Assembly: GCA_051294375.1 (NCBI GenBank)
Contig: CM119267.1
Span: 48,945-88,496, forward strand
Direction of reading: 5' to 3'
Length of the DNA: 39,552 nucleotides
Source: Paraspadella gotoi
Taxonomy: Eukaryota; Animalia; Chaetognatha
Shown one piece after another: positions 24,605 through 36,030 of the stretch; the first letter of the stretch is position 1, and the number at the start of each line of letters is the position of its first letter. The translations under genes and the position numbers were made by a program. The notes beneath the pieces are model-generated. The model ran no database searches and was not told the DNA's origin. It saw only the letters and a program-made list of their open reading frames with translations.

Positions 24605-25225
24605 GACGAATGAGAAGCGAATTTGCCGCCGAGAGACAACAATTCGTTGTCGGTTTGTAACAGAGATGAATGAGAAACGAAGTCGCCACTAAGCAATACA
24701 ATTTAGTCATGAGTTTGTCTTATCTCAGAAATGGGAGACTAATTTACTGCTGAGGGATGTTAATTTGTCGTTTTTAGCGGAGAGGAATGAGAGGCGAATT
24801 CGCGAGATAACAATTTGTCCTAAGTTTGCAGCAGCCGATCAATGAGAGGCGAATTCGCCGTTGCGAGATGACAATTCATCGTAAGTTTGCAGCAGCTGAT
24901 CAACGAGCGGCGAATGCGGCCGTTGCGAGATGACAATTTGTTGTAAGTTTTGCAGCAGCCGATGAATGAGTGGCTAATTCGCTGTTGCGAGATGACAATT
25001 TGTTGTAAGTTTGCAGTTTAGCTGATCAATGAGCGGCTAATTCGCCGTTGCAAAGTTGACAATTTGTTGTAAGTTGCAGCAGCCGATCAACGAGCGGCGA
25101 ATTCGCCTTGCGAGATGACAATTTGTTGTAAGTTTGCAGCAGCCAATCAATGAGCGGCCAATTCGCCGTTGCGAGATGACAATTTGTTGTAAGTTTGCAG
25201 CAGCGATAAATGAGAGGCAAATTTT
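24605..25225 (+). repeat. 61-bp minisatellite, ~6.5 well-conserved units plus ~3-4 degenerate units on the left
   Basis: Consensus TAAGTTTGCAGCAGCCGATCAATGAGCGGCGAATTCGCCGTTGCGAGATGACAATTTGTTG with starts at 24821, 24882 and onward. The consensus contains the 14-bp palindrome CGGCGAATTCGCCG. Confidence 0.95.
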
Positions 25226-25465
25226 ATACCAAGAGACTCCAAAGAAAAAAAGAAAAAGTGCGAAACTCGGGTCCGCAGTTTGGAGGAGGAAAGGAGTGTA
25301 TGAAAATGGCGACCGACGACGACGACGACGACGACGACGACGGCGGCGAAGATGGCGTCTTTAAAAAAAAATAAAAAAAGAAGAGGAGAGACGAGTTGGT
25401 CTCGCGTCCCGTTGCGAAGCGCGGGACACCAATTTCAGAAAAAAAATAGAGAAGTCTTTCTTTTC

Positions 25466-25556
<91 letters not shown>

Positions 25557-26242
25557 TCGTTCTTTCTTTCCTTTTTTTCTTTTCCTCTGTCCTTCTATCT
25601 TTCTTTCTTTCTTTCTTTCGTTTTATCTTTATTCTTCCATTTTTTTTCCTCTTTCTTTTTTTCTCTCGAGAATAGTTTTGAGCCAAAACTCGTTTTCTTA
25701 AATTCGCTTCGATTAATGATTTCGATTCCGACTTTTTAGATTTTTGGTTTCATTATTAGTTTTGAGTTTATGGATATTTAATGCTTCAAATAATCACACC
25801 ATTCCAGCTTAAAGGATTAAGTTCAGAATCTTTAACTTAATATTTAACTTAGGTCACAAGCTTTTAATAAGAAACTCTATCTTAAAAGCTGTAGCCAAAA
25901 AGTTTTAAAACCTTCCGAATAAAAAAATACAGTTAAAAAGATCCAGCTGAGGAACTTTAATTTAAAAACTACAGCTTTAAAACCGCTACATAACCTTTAA
26001 ATATAAGTTTTAGTAATTAAAACCATAGTATATAGAATAGTAATATATTCACTTTCATCTATGATTAATATTTTAGATTCCATTTTTAAATGTTTTATTT
26101 TTCTGGCGCCATCAACTTTTTCTGAATTTCTGAATTCTCAAGGAACGACACCCAAGGGAAAAAGTTGAAATTTTTTGTCAACAGAAAATAAAAAAAAATT
26201 CTCACGTTTTTATGTCATTTTTTTGCTTTTACGATTTAGTTG

Positions 26243-26302
<60 letters not shown>

Positions 26303-26387
26303 TTTTTCTTTCTATCTTTCTTTCTTTCTTTCTCTTTTTTTCTCTTTTGTCTCGTAAAATTGTCAATTAAGTTCGTATTTTCTTGGA

Positions 26388-26426
<39 letters not shown>

Positions 26427-26997
26427 TTCGTAACCTTATGAGTTAATTACACAAATAAACTTACTTCTTAAACTGTAGATTTCACTTACATAAGATACTA
26501 ACCAAGTAAGAAACTAATTTTGAATTGACAAAATAAGAAAATTATGTAATTTACATTTGATTCATAATTTCTTTTATTTATGTCATTGATATAATGTATC
26601 ATTGGTGAGAACTGACATCTGAGAACATGTATTGACATTGACCTAAGTAAAATTATCATTGCTCCTTAGTCATGAAATATATACGGATACTACATAAAAT
26701 GTGGCTAAAAAAGTGGATTACAAAAAGATTGACTTGGCAAGATGTATAAAAATAATTTATATATATTGAGAATAATGAGAATATATTGAGAATAAAAAAA
26801 TGACAATCATAACACAAGTTGAATTACATTTATTTAAACTTTTTTCAAAACATCGAATTGAACTTTTTCCGTGTTTTCTCTGTTTCTTCTTTATGTTTTT
26901 TTTATTGTGTTTTTGCTCTCGTTTCGTTTTGTTTTTTTCTGAGAGAAGAAAGAAGGAGAAGAGAAGAGAGAGAGAAGAGAGAGGAGAGGAGAGAGAT

Positions 26998-27034
<37 letters not shown>

Positions 27035-27109
27035 CGCCAGAGTTTGGAGTTTTGAAGAAAACGATTTTCTTTTTCACCCATTAACTCGAGTCGTCGGAAC
27101 AAGGAGGGC

Positions 27110-27350
27110 AACATGACATGGCATAGAACTGTTTAGACATGGCATGACCCTGATGGAACATAGCATGACGCTGTAGCTACTTTGAAAAATGATATGGAAC
27201 TGAGGAAAAATGACAAAATGTTTAAGGATATGATTTACCTAATGCTTTTCGGACATAAGAAAACTATATCAGTCGATATACCTGACGCTATTGAAACATG
27301 ACATGGATATGGCATATGGACGCAACATGACATGCTGTCTGGACATTGGA
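27110..27350 (+). repeat. Degenerate ~21-bp repeat (ACATGGCATGACGCTG-like)
   Basis: Recurrent ACATG(A/G)CATG motifs. Confidence 0.5.
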
Positions 27351-27522
27351 TAAAGGAAACATTAGGTATTTTTTCAATGTGAAATCAATTCAAACGAGGG
27401 ATGCCAGAACATAAACATATTTTAAAAAAATATTACTAAATTCAAATAAAAACTTACTGAATAAATTACTTTAGAAAGAATCTTCAACTAAATCTATAAC
27501 TAAAAGTAAAAGAGCAGTGATT

Positions 27523-27631
<109 letters not shown>

Positions 27632-28133
27632 CTCTCGCTCCCGACTACGCAATGATCTCGCCTCGTCACCCACTCCTGTCATAATTTTAATGATAATGAT
27701 GATGGTCGCCATAGCAACGAAGGCGCGCGGGAAGGAAACATGAGTGAAGCTTGTTGGACGATTCACTATCTGTGAGAGACCATGTATCATCACTCATTGT
27801 CTGCCGTGAGAGAGCAAGATGGCGAGAGCAGAGCAACGAGAGACATGAGACGAGAGACGAGAGAGAGAGAGAGAGACTATCACAACAAGCAGAGATCATT
27901 TACCAATTTATTTAAATAAAAATTTATTACTAAATTTTATAAAATCAATATCAAAGTGAAAAAAATACAGAGACACTCTTGACAAAAAGTTGTACGAGAC
28001 GTTGGAATATAACGTTCAAATATAAAATAACATTGAATGTTTTAAAAAAAAGTTTTTTTAAGCTGACGACGAGAAAAAGGCAACGCGGTGAAAAAGTTAT
28101 ATTAGGAGTAATAAATCTGACAAACGATGCTAC

Positions 28134-28170
<37 letters not shown>

Positions 28171-28514
28171 NNNNNNNNNNNNNNNNNNNNNNNNNNNNNN
28201 NNNNNNNNNNNNNNNNNNNNNNNNNNNNNNNNNNNNNNNNNNNNNNNNNNNNNNNNNNNNNNNNNNNNNNNNNNNNNNNNNNNNNNNNNNNNNNNNNNNN
28301 NNNNNNNNNNNNNNNNNNNNNNNNNNNNNNNNNNNNNNNNNNNNNNNNNNNNNNNNNNNNNNNNNNNNNNNNNNNNNNNNNNNNNNNNNNNNNNNNNNNN
28401 NNNNNNNNNNNNAGAGAGAGAGAGAGAGAGAGAGATCCATTTTCTTGACAACTCGCAGCGCTGGGGGATATTTCTCTGTCTGTGTTCTCACCGGTAGAAT
28501 TGTCGAAGGCGTAG

Positions 28515-29480
28515 AGAATGGCAAATGAGATGGCAAAGGGAGATGGCAGTGTCGGATGGTAAAGGGGGATGAGGGAGAGAGATGGTAAAGGAAGATGGCA
28601 GTAGGAAATGGAGAGGAAAATGGTAGAGGGAGATGCGTAAGAAAGAAAAAAAAAAGAAATGGAAAGATAAGAAGGAGAAGAAAAGAAAAGAAAAAGAAAA
28701 GAAAAGAAAAGAACAGAAGACTACCATCGTAATGAGAGAGAGGACGCAATTAGGAAGAGACCATAAAAATTCTCTCTGGCAGAAAAGAAAGAGATAATTT
28801 GAAGCCAAAAAAAGAAATTTATTTATTCCGGTGAATGAACAATAAAACGCGATTAAATATTTCATCATGAGAAAGAAAAAAGACATCCTCTACATTGTCT
28901 CGACTTTGGCATGTCATTCTCTCTATTGTTTGGTATGCCTTGAGAGCCACGCCAATGGCATCTACGCTATTGCGTCATTTTATACTTCCCCACATCTTTG
29001 GCCACTCTCTTTGGCCCACCCTTTAGCCATGTTTTTGGGCCCCACTCTTTGGTCACTCATTGGCCCACCCTTTGGCCACTCTCTTTGGCGCCAGTCTTTG
29101 GCCACTCTCTTTGGCCGCGACTTTTTGGCCACACTCCCAAATTTTTCGTCGTCTCAGCATTTTTTTCCAAGAACTCACATCATCGCCTTAAGATGCAGTT
29201 CTTTCCCTTTTTAGCCATCTTCCATCATCCTCTCACATCCTCACTCTGCCAATCTCCTCTGCCATCTCCATTCTGCCATCTTCATCTGCCATCTCCTCTG
29301 CCATCTCTCTCTATTCATCTTCCCGTCTGCCACTCGCATCTCCATCTGCCATTTCATCTACCATCTCCCTCCCCCATCTCTCCTCTACCATTTTTCCTCT
29401 CCATTTCCCACTGCCGATCTCCCTCTGCCATCTCCCTCTGCCATCTCAACTCTGCTATTAACTTCTCCCCATCTCCATAA
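28515..29480. mobile_element. Foldback-like structure: inverted arms of ~13-bp CTGCCATCTCCCT-type subrepeats flanking a TTTGGCCACTCTC tandem array
   Basis: GGCAGTAGGAAATGGAGAGGAAAATGGTAGAGGGAGATG (~28597-28635) is the near-exact reverse complement of CATCTCTCCTCTACCATTTTTCCTCTCCATTTCCCACTGCC (~29375-29415). A separate ~13-bp array lies at 28995-29137. Confidence 0.55.
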
Positions 29481-29589
29481 GCATACCATCTTTGCCCTTT
29501 GGGTCAATCATATCCTTCCTCGGATATCCCCATACATCCCTCTAATAACGATTAATAACAACTANNNNNNNNNNNNNNNNNNNNNNNNN

Positions 29590-30575
29590 TCTTTTCTTTT
29601 CTTTTCTTTTCTTTTTTCTTTTCTTTTTCTTTTTTTATTTTTTTTCTTTTCTTCTCTTCTCTTCTCTTCTCTTCTCTTCTCTTCTCTTCTCTTCTCTTCT
29701 CTTCTCTTCTCTTCTCTTCTCTTCTCTCCTCACCCAAACGATTATCTTTATTGTCCCCTTAATGACATCAGTTTCACAATTTCATTCTAATTTCTTTTCT
29801 GCCATTTTTTTTCACACCTCAGTTCGCCCTTTCCATTCATTACCCTTATTTCCTTCCTTCCTCTTTTCTTTATTTCTTTCTTCATTTTTCTCTCACATAT
29901 TTCCTTTCTCTCTCTTTGTCTCTCTCTTTTTTCTTCTGATTCTTTTTTATCTTCCTTCCTTTCCTTCCACCTTCCCTTTTCTCTTTTTTTTGGTTCCTTC
30001 CATCCCTCCTTTTCTTTTCTATTTTCCTTTCCTCCCTTTCCTCCCTTTCCTCTTTTCCTTTTCTTTCATTCCTCCCATTCCTCTTTTCCATTCCTCTTTT
30101 CCTTTCTTCCCTTTCCTCTTTTCCTTTCCTCCCTTTCCTCGTTTCTTTCTTCCCTTTCCTCGTTTTCTTTCTTTCCTTTCCTCTTTTCCTATCCTCCCTT
30201 TCCTTTCCTCTTTGCTTTCCTCTTTTCTTTTCCTCTCTTCCTTTCCTCACTTTCCTCTTTTTCTTTCCTCCATTTTCTCTCTTCCTATCCTCCCTTTTCT
30301 TTCCTCTTTGCTTTCCTCTTTTCCTTTCCTCTTTTCCTTTCCTGCCTTTCTTCTTTTTCTTTTCTCCATTTTCTCTTTTCCTATCCTCCCTTTCCTTTCC
30401 TCTTTGCTTTCTTCTTTTCCTTTCCTCTTTTCCTTTCCTATCTTTCTTTCCTCTCTTTCATTTCCTTTCCTCCCTTTCCTCCCTTTCCTCTCTTCCTTTC
30501 CTCCCTTTCTTCTTTTTTTCCCTCCATTTTCTCTTTTCCTCTTTTCCTATCCTCCCTTTCCTTTCCTCTTTGCTA
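29590..30575. repeat. (CTTCT)n run followed by a ~700-bp polypyrimidine tract with ~96-bp higher-order repeat
   Basis: TTCCTATCCTCCCTTT(C/T)CTTTCCTCTTTGCT recurs at ~30186, 30282, 30378 and 30544. Confidence 0.85.
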
Positions 30576-30594
30576 TGCCCTTTTTTATTTGACT

Positions 30595-30766
30595 AGGATG
30601 TCGCTGTAGATTCCTCGGAAGTACTTTCTATACTTTTTGACACCTCGTTCGATTTTTCCCCTTTTCATCGACGGTCGTGATAAACAAAATTAAACTTTCA
30701 TCTGGTGCAGGGCCAAAATTGATTTCCCATATATTCCCAGAATTCGGGGGCATACGAGATAGCCAT
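30595..30766 (-). pseudogene. Possible N-terminal fragment of a Polinton major capsid protein, truncated at the pyrimidine tract
   Basis: AAAAATGGCT start at 30766. Frameshifted reading ...DESLILF...KIERGVKKY weakly resembles the Maverick MCP N-terminus (SELDLF...SIE.G..Y), and the position fits the expected gene order. Weak. Confidence 0.25.
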
Positions 30767-30949
30767 TTTTTATTGGTTTTGTTAATTATTTAAACTCCCA
30801 ACGCGGATATGTTCATAATATATAAGCTATTATATTTTTTTATTTCGATTTTTAGGCTTGTTTTAATATGGTTGGTTTGCCGCCGTGTCGGATCGTCTGG
30901 AATCCCTTTTGTTTGAATTTTGTTGCGGTGATTTTTTCGTGAGACCACT

Positions 30950-32155
30950 TGTCGGCGAGGCGGAAAACAGAAGCAGTAACAGAAATTTGGCAATCGCGCA
31001 ATCAGTCGTAGGCAGTGACGAGAAAATTTTTTTTCTTTTTTTGCCTCACCAGATAGAAACAAAATTGTCATCTAATAAAATGAAATTGTCAAATTTAAGC
31101 CATTTTTATATAAATTTTATGACGAAAGAAAGGGGGGTCGGATTTTAAAAGTCTAAAACTTCACTATTCGATTTTGAAAGAGCCATTTAAAAGTGTAACA
31201 ATTAATTAAAAACGAGATTTTAAAAACATCCTCCGATAGCCACCACTTGTTCGCTTTGATAGAGAGACGCCTATTTTTTTAAAGCGGGACAACCCGTTTT
31301 GCAATTAACCAATCGATTTAAGAGGCGCTTATTTGTGACTTCTCCCACGAAATATACAAAAATTAGAGGCCCTGCATTATTAAAATTCCTGAAAAATAAT
31401 GTACACTAGATTTCTTTTTCTCACATCGATAAAAATCAAACATATTTACTGAGAACGTGTCTAGTGAATGGAAATATGCACGCGTCGGTCTTGTTCCGGA
31501 CTTCTTTTTGGTACTCATCTGTGAAACCCATTAAGAGAGGCAAATTTGGTGTCATGTATAAATAATCAAAATAGACGCCCTTTCATATAAATTATTAATG
31601 TTTGTAAGGTAAATCTATATGATCTATCACTGTCCATGGTTCAAAACCAATCGGCCTCTGATCTCACAGCAAACAGTTCATTTGTTCCGCCATATTCTTC
31701 GATATGATCTGGTATTCGGACAGTAAGTTGAGTAACTTTAAATTTTGCCATGTCGTCTTGGGCTTCCGTTCTTCACCACCTTTCGTCTCTCTTGTAGTTA
31801 GGTATAGCACTTGAGGATATAGTCTTAACAACCCTGGGGATTTAATGTCTTCGATGGGACATTGAATATTTTTCCCGTTCTTCTGATGCGTAGTCAAACT
31901 GGCTTAGACCTTGGAGACATAGTAACTAAATTAGTATCCGTATGCTTGCACTGTGGGTGTCTGACGAAACGTGGAATCCCCAAAGCAAACTAAAAGTCAT
32001 TCGAATTGGTTGATATTCCTCCCTCCAACCGAAATGTCCGCCGGCGACAAAATTCTCGTCTTGTTGCCACAGTGGTTCTTATTTGTATCGCGGTGGTATA
32101 TGGCTTCCCGACACCTGACAAAAGCGACGCGCAGGCGAAAGCAACCAAGCGTCAT
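30950..32155 (-). pseudogene. Frameshifted Polinton/Maverick minor capsid (penton)-like gene
   Basis: Motifs in the expected order across frames: MTPNLPLLMGF (31555-31523; cf. sp.La.iLGF), NLVYII (~31410), VYFVGEVTNKRLLNRLV (31357-31307; cf. VGd...LLr.v), F.NP (~31145) and FILLDDNF (~31080). Lies directly downstream of the integrase. Confidence 0.55.
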
Positions 32156-32299
32156 TTAGAATATCACATCGAATGATTATTTAACCACATCATTTTGCAA
32201 ATTTGATCATTTTAAAATGTGGGGATTGGGAATGGCTCACATTAACGTTTTTCTGATATTCAACCAATAATGGCGGCCATTCGTGGAAACTGAAATTAA

Positions 32300-33561
32300 A
32301 CACAAAATCACAATAAATCAACGCTAGACTTGCTAGCCGACAAAAGGTTTTATCCAATAGTTTTTTAATTTTTATATTAAAACATGTTTACCAATAGTAT
32401 AGTTTCGCGATATTACTTTTCGATCGCGATTCTGCGTTACGACACGCCTCCAAAAAAACTTAAGATTTTGAGGCCACAAGTTCTGGCCCCCTTAAGAAAG
32501 TTTGTTTTTGCAACTTTTCAAATCGAACAAACGACCAAGTCATAACTAGGGGTATCTTGAAATTTTAATTACGTCTTAAATATAATGTAATTCTGTCCGA
32601 CGTGACACCATACGATCTTTATTAAATAAGTCTTTAGTTTTAATTTTTATATATTTACTATAGAGTATTTTTTTTAAGTTTTCTGTTCGCTATTGAGCAT
32701 TTCCGTAATAAATGCGGCTTTTCTGATCTTTTTTTGCTTGTCGTTATCATTAATATGTCCACGCGGGCGCAATGTCAGCGCGGTCTGTTTGCGCTTATAC
32801 CCCCCAAGACGTCCAATATTCGTGTCAATTGTTTTTCTTAAAAAATTGGGGTAAAATTTTTTGTAGGGCGGCATCTTCGTTTTTCGATTCGGTTATAAAA
32901 GTTCTTAGTTTTCTGGCGGCAATCCTATCTATTACTCCGTCCTCTTGCAATTACCCACTCCCGAACTTTTTTCTCTCTTCACGGAGTTTAATTATTAGTA
33001 ATTTTATATTTTTCGCTTTCATATATTCATTAAAGGCCAATGACGTGAACTCGACCCCACTATCTGTCACCAAAGTTCTTTCAACAGAAACCCCATTTAA
33101 AAACTGGTCTGGAAAAAAATTCTATCCAACAGGGATTCTATTGCCGAGGAAAACTGCTGTGGATCCGACAACTCTAAAAATACATATTTACTTAACTCGT
33201 CGATGACTTTTGAAAGAAATTAATCTTTGGCTTGTTCCATAACTGCCGTGTTTTACTCAACACTATCAAGTCAGCATGTGAAGTCGCCAAAAAAATTTTG
33301 CTCTGCCACTAAATTTGCTGAGGTTTGTTTAATTTTGCAAACGATAATTAGGTATTTGTTAAATATATGGTGGAGCTTTTTTTGGGTTATGTAAAACTGT
33401 CTTTTATATCATTATTGGTTAATTCTCATGTCTCATCCGCTTTAAATACTTGTGTATTTCTTTTACATTCTTGGATAAATATAATGGAGAATCTGGGTTC
33501 TAAATTGCTCTCGTTTTACTATTTCCTCTTCTTTCTTTTTTGGCTCGAGCTTCCCTGCCAT
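32300..33561 (-). pseudogene. Frameshifted retroviral-like (rve, DDE) integrase of Polinton/Maverick type
   Basis: ATG at 33561. Motifs in order: NPDSPLYLSKNVKEIHKYLK (cf. Y.nP.sP N-terminus), HADLIVL (~33278-33258), VIDELSKYVFLE (33207-33172), LVTDSGVEFTSLAFNEYMKAKNIK (33073-33002), MPPYK, KIKTKDLFNK (~32647-32618) and PELV (~32480), matching the Polinton integrase C-terminal VRi..k..F.K...Y.l...F..pEL pattern. Several indels and stops. Confidence 0.85.
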
Positions 33562-33569
33562 TTCCGAAC

Positions 33570-34376
33570 TAAATTTCGTGTAAAGTTCTAAGCGCACCTC
33601 GTTTTCCTCTTGCGTGGCACTACAGGAATATCGGTTTGTCATCGCGTTTGTCCTCGTCGTTGCCGTCGCGTCGTCCTGCCTCCCAAGGCGCGCTTTAACG
33701 CTTTATCAGTTTGCACGAATCCCTCATTCTCGACTAGCTTCCTTCTGCCTGTTTCCTCTGCTACAACTTTCACTCGACTGTGGTTCACTGCTTGTCCATT
33801 GGGCGGCTCTGATGCGATGACACGGCTGTGACGAAATCGCAGAGTCGTCTTTTTTTCCTTTTTCGATCAACCGCCAGTTATCTCTTATGGTTCCGACAAT
33901 CAGAGTTGCGAAAAAAGTTTTTAAAACTAATTTTAGCTAGCATTAAAAAGGCGTGAAGGAATTGCACCAACCGCATCGGCAATATGGGGTGACCTACTTT
34001 TAATTAATTTCTTTAATTTAAAAGTGATATGTCCGTGAAAGGCAGAGTTTATCGGTTTATTTTTTAGTTCAAGATGTTCGAGGTCCCAAGACAAGATTGA
34101 ACACTTTTTTGTATCTCATTCAATAACCTCGTTGACTAGTGCACCCTCTTGAGGCCTATTCGGAGAGAATCTTTTTTGTTTTGACGAGTCGAGGAGAGTC
34201 GAGCCTTGTCTCGACAGCGGCGTCTCCGCGGCCAACGCCGCCGCTTCCCCTTTGTCCTCGATAGGCCAAATTTTATCAATGCTTTTTAGTTTACTCCAAT
34301 TCTCCTCGCAAGATTCGTCAGCTAGTAGAATGTTTTGCAGTTTAGTCGGTTATATATGATAATCGAAGGTCGCCAT
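33570..34376 (-). pseudogene. Frameshifted Polinton-associated ORF upstream of the integrase
   Basis: ATG at 34376; KLQNILLADESCEENWSKLKSI and later VQFLHAF..FRN resemble the uncharacterised ORF that commonly precedes Maverick integrases. Supported mainly by position. Confidence 0.35.
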
Positions 34377-34389
34377 TGCAAAATTAAGC

Positions 34390-34724
34390 ATCTTACATTG
34401 GATGGTACAATTTTTGAAGAAATCGACCAGGACGGAATTGTAGACGTATGTTTTTTAAAATCGGGAGGACTGGCAAGAGCCTCTTTTTTTTTAAATAAAA
34501 GAAGTCCCTCCTTGGCAACTTTTTCAAAAGAATTTTATATTTTTTCAATTTACTTCGAGTTTTTTTTACGAAAGCAATGCGCCAAGTGTGTTATTAGTGT
34601 TTTTTAGAATTTCAAATAATGTTTTTAAACCTCATCTGAGACAGATTCTTTGAAAATTTTGCTGATTTCCCGTAAATTTTTTGCAGTTTTTTCAAATTTT
34701 TTTGGAATTTTTACAATATTTCAT
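34390..34724 (-). pseudogene. Frameshifted small basic Polinton-associated ORF
   Basis: ATG at 34724; ESVSDEV..TLFEILKTLI...YKILLKKL...KKKRLL resembles the short basic Maverick protein (li..icEca.Nil...kyK..lr.La...s.k.Kkk.l). Confidence 0.45.
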
Positions 34725-35749
34725 TTTTTTCGTTTATTCTCAATCTAGATCATCTCCCTTGTGGATAACTCCGCAATGGCTGGTCAGCGTCACAGAACCA
34801 AAAATGATCACTATAGACCTCTGGTTTTTCAGACTCGCCGAAAGACAGCACGAGGATGGATAATGCAATACGCTCCTTCTGTGTTTATGACCAGAATAAA
34901 CGTCGTACCGAGATTGATCTCCTTTCAAATTTAATGAAAATTTGATTCATAAATGTTTCAAATTGCGAGAGATTTTCAGGGAAGCGAAAAGGAAGATCAA
35001 AATTGAGACGCCTTGGTTACCGCGAATTTGAGGGGGATGAGATTTATACAAAGGGGCTCGTAATTTGTAATTTAAAAATTACCGCGAACGATTTTCAGAT
35101 TGATTGTCATCAATTACTGCGAGGGTGTTTATAGTACGCTGAAAGCTGTTTTTCTTTTTGTATAGACTCTTCTTGTCGTCAATTAAAGTTGATTTGTCTT
35201 ATCTGGGATGACAATGACGCCAATCTTGTGAAACTCGGTTAGGAATATTCCCTTTGAAAAAAGCACGCTTCAGTTCCCTGACGTTTTTCCGTCCTCTTCT
35301 TTACTGTAAATGTATATTAGTGTTAGTCACGCAGTTTTCAAATTGCTGAAAATTAAATTCTTTTTTTTTCTCGAGTTAGCAAATCTGAAAAGTATCAAAA
35401 AAAAAAACAATTGTTTTTTAGGTCATATTTATATATTTTTTTCTTTTTTGTAAAACTCACTTTTTTAGAAGGTTTGATTTACCAACAATGGCTTGCGCCA
35501 AAACGGCAAACAAAGCAACCACATTTTATTTTTGGGTGTCTCGAGTAAGATCCCAATCGTCAATCATTATTTTTGTACATTTTATATATTTACGAATAAA
35601 AAAAATATGTAATTCGAATGAGAAAACTTCGAAAATGATTATTAATTATTTTGCTTATACAATTTATAAGAAAATTCTTCATTCTTCCTCTTCCTCCCCC
35701 CACCGCTTTCTGGATTGCTTGTGAAAATTTGTATTTTTTTTTAAAACAT

Positions 35750-36030
35750 TCTCGCGAAATTTACAAATTCTCACATAGTTTTTACAAATTTTTACAGAGA
35801 AATCAGGAAAATTTCAGAAAAAAAAAATTACATTTCGCCAGAAATATTGGCCTTCTGTCTGGAATTATTTAAAATAATCAATACAAATTTAAGCAGATCT
35901 ACCGCGTAGAAAATTTAGAAAAAAAAAATTATCTCCAGAAATTCTTCACAGGAAATTTCAAATTTTCAAGAGAAGCACCAAATTTTCACAGAAAATTACA
36001 AATTCTCACAGAAAAAAATACAAATTTTCA
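35750..36030 (+). repeat. Degenerate ~22-bp AT-rich minisatellite (AAATTACAAATTCTCACAGAAA)
   Basis: Clear copies at ~35757, ~35993 and ~36015, with noisy copies between. Confidence 0.6.

Larger units (their letters stand above)
20545..25252. repeat. ~2.3 kb tandem duplication (copy 1 ~20545-22966, copy 2 ~22992-25252) separated by a 25-N gap
   Basis: The copies are near-identical from CACACTGACGTCGTTAGGTC to TATACCAAGAGACTC, differing mostly by 1-bp indels and by copy number of a ~77-bp purine repeat. Confidence 0.95.

Noticed and set aside
22320-25225. CRISPR-like appearance of the palindromic 61-bp arrays (and the 46-bp array at 38890-39244)
   Set aside because: Units are similar along their whole length with no unique spacers, there are no cas genes, and the context is eukaryotic.
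32300-33561. LTR-retrotransposon pol as the source of the integrase
   Set aside because: No upstream RT/RNase H or HHCC zinc finger. It has its own ATG, and the N- and C-terminal motifs and neighbouring genes fit Polintons better.
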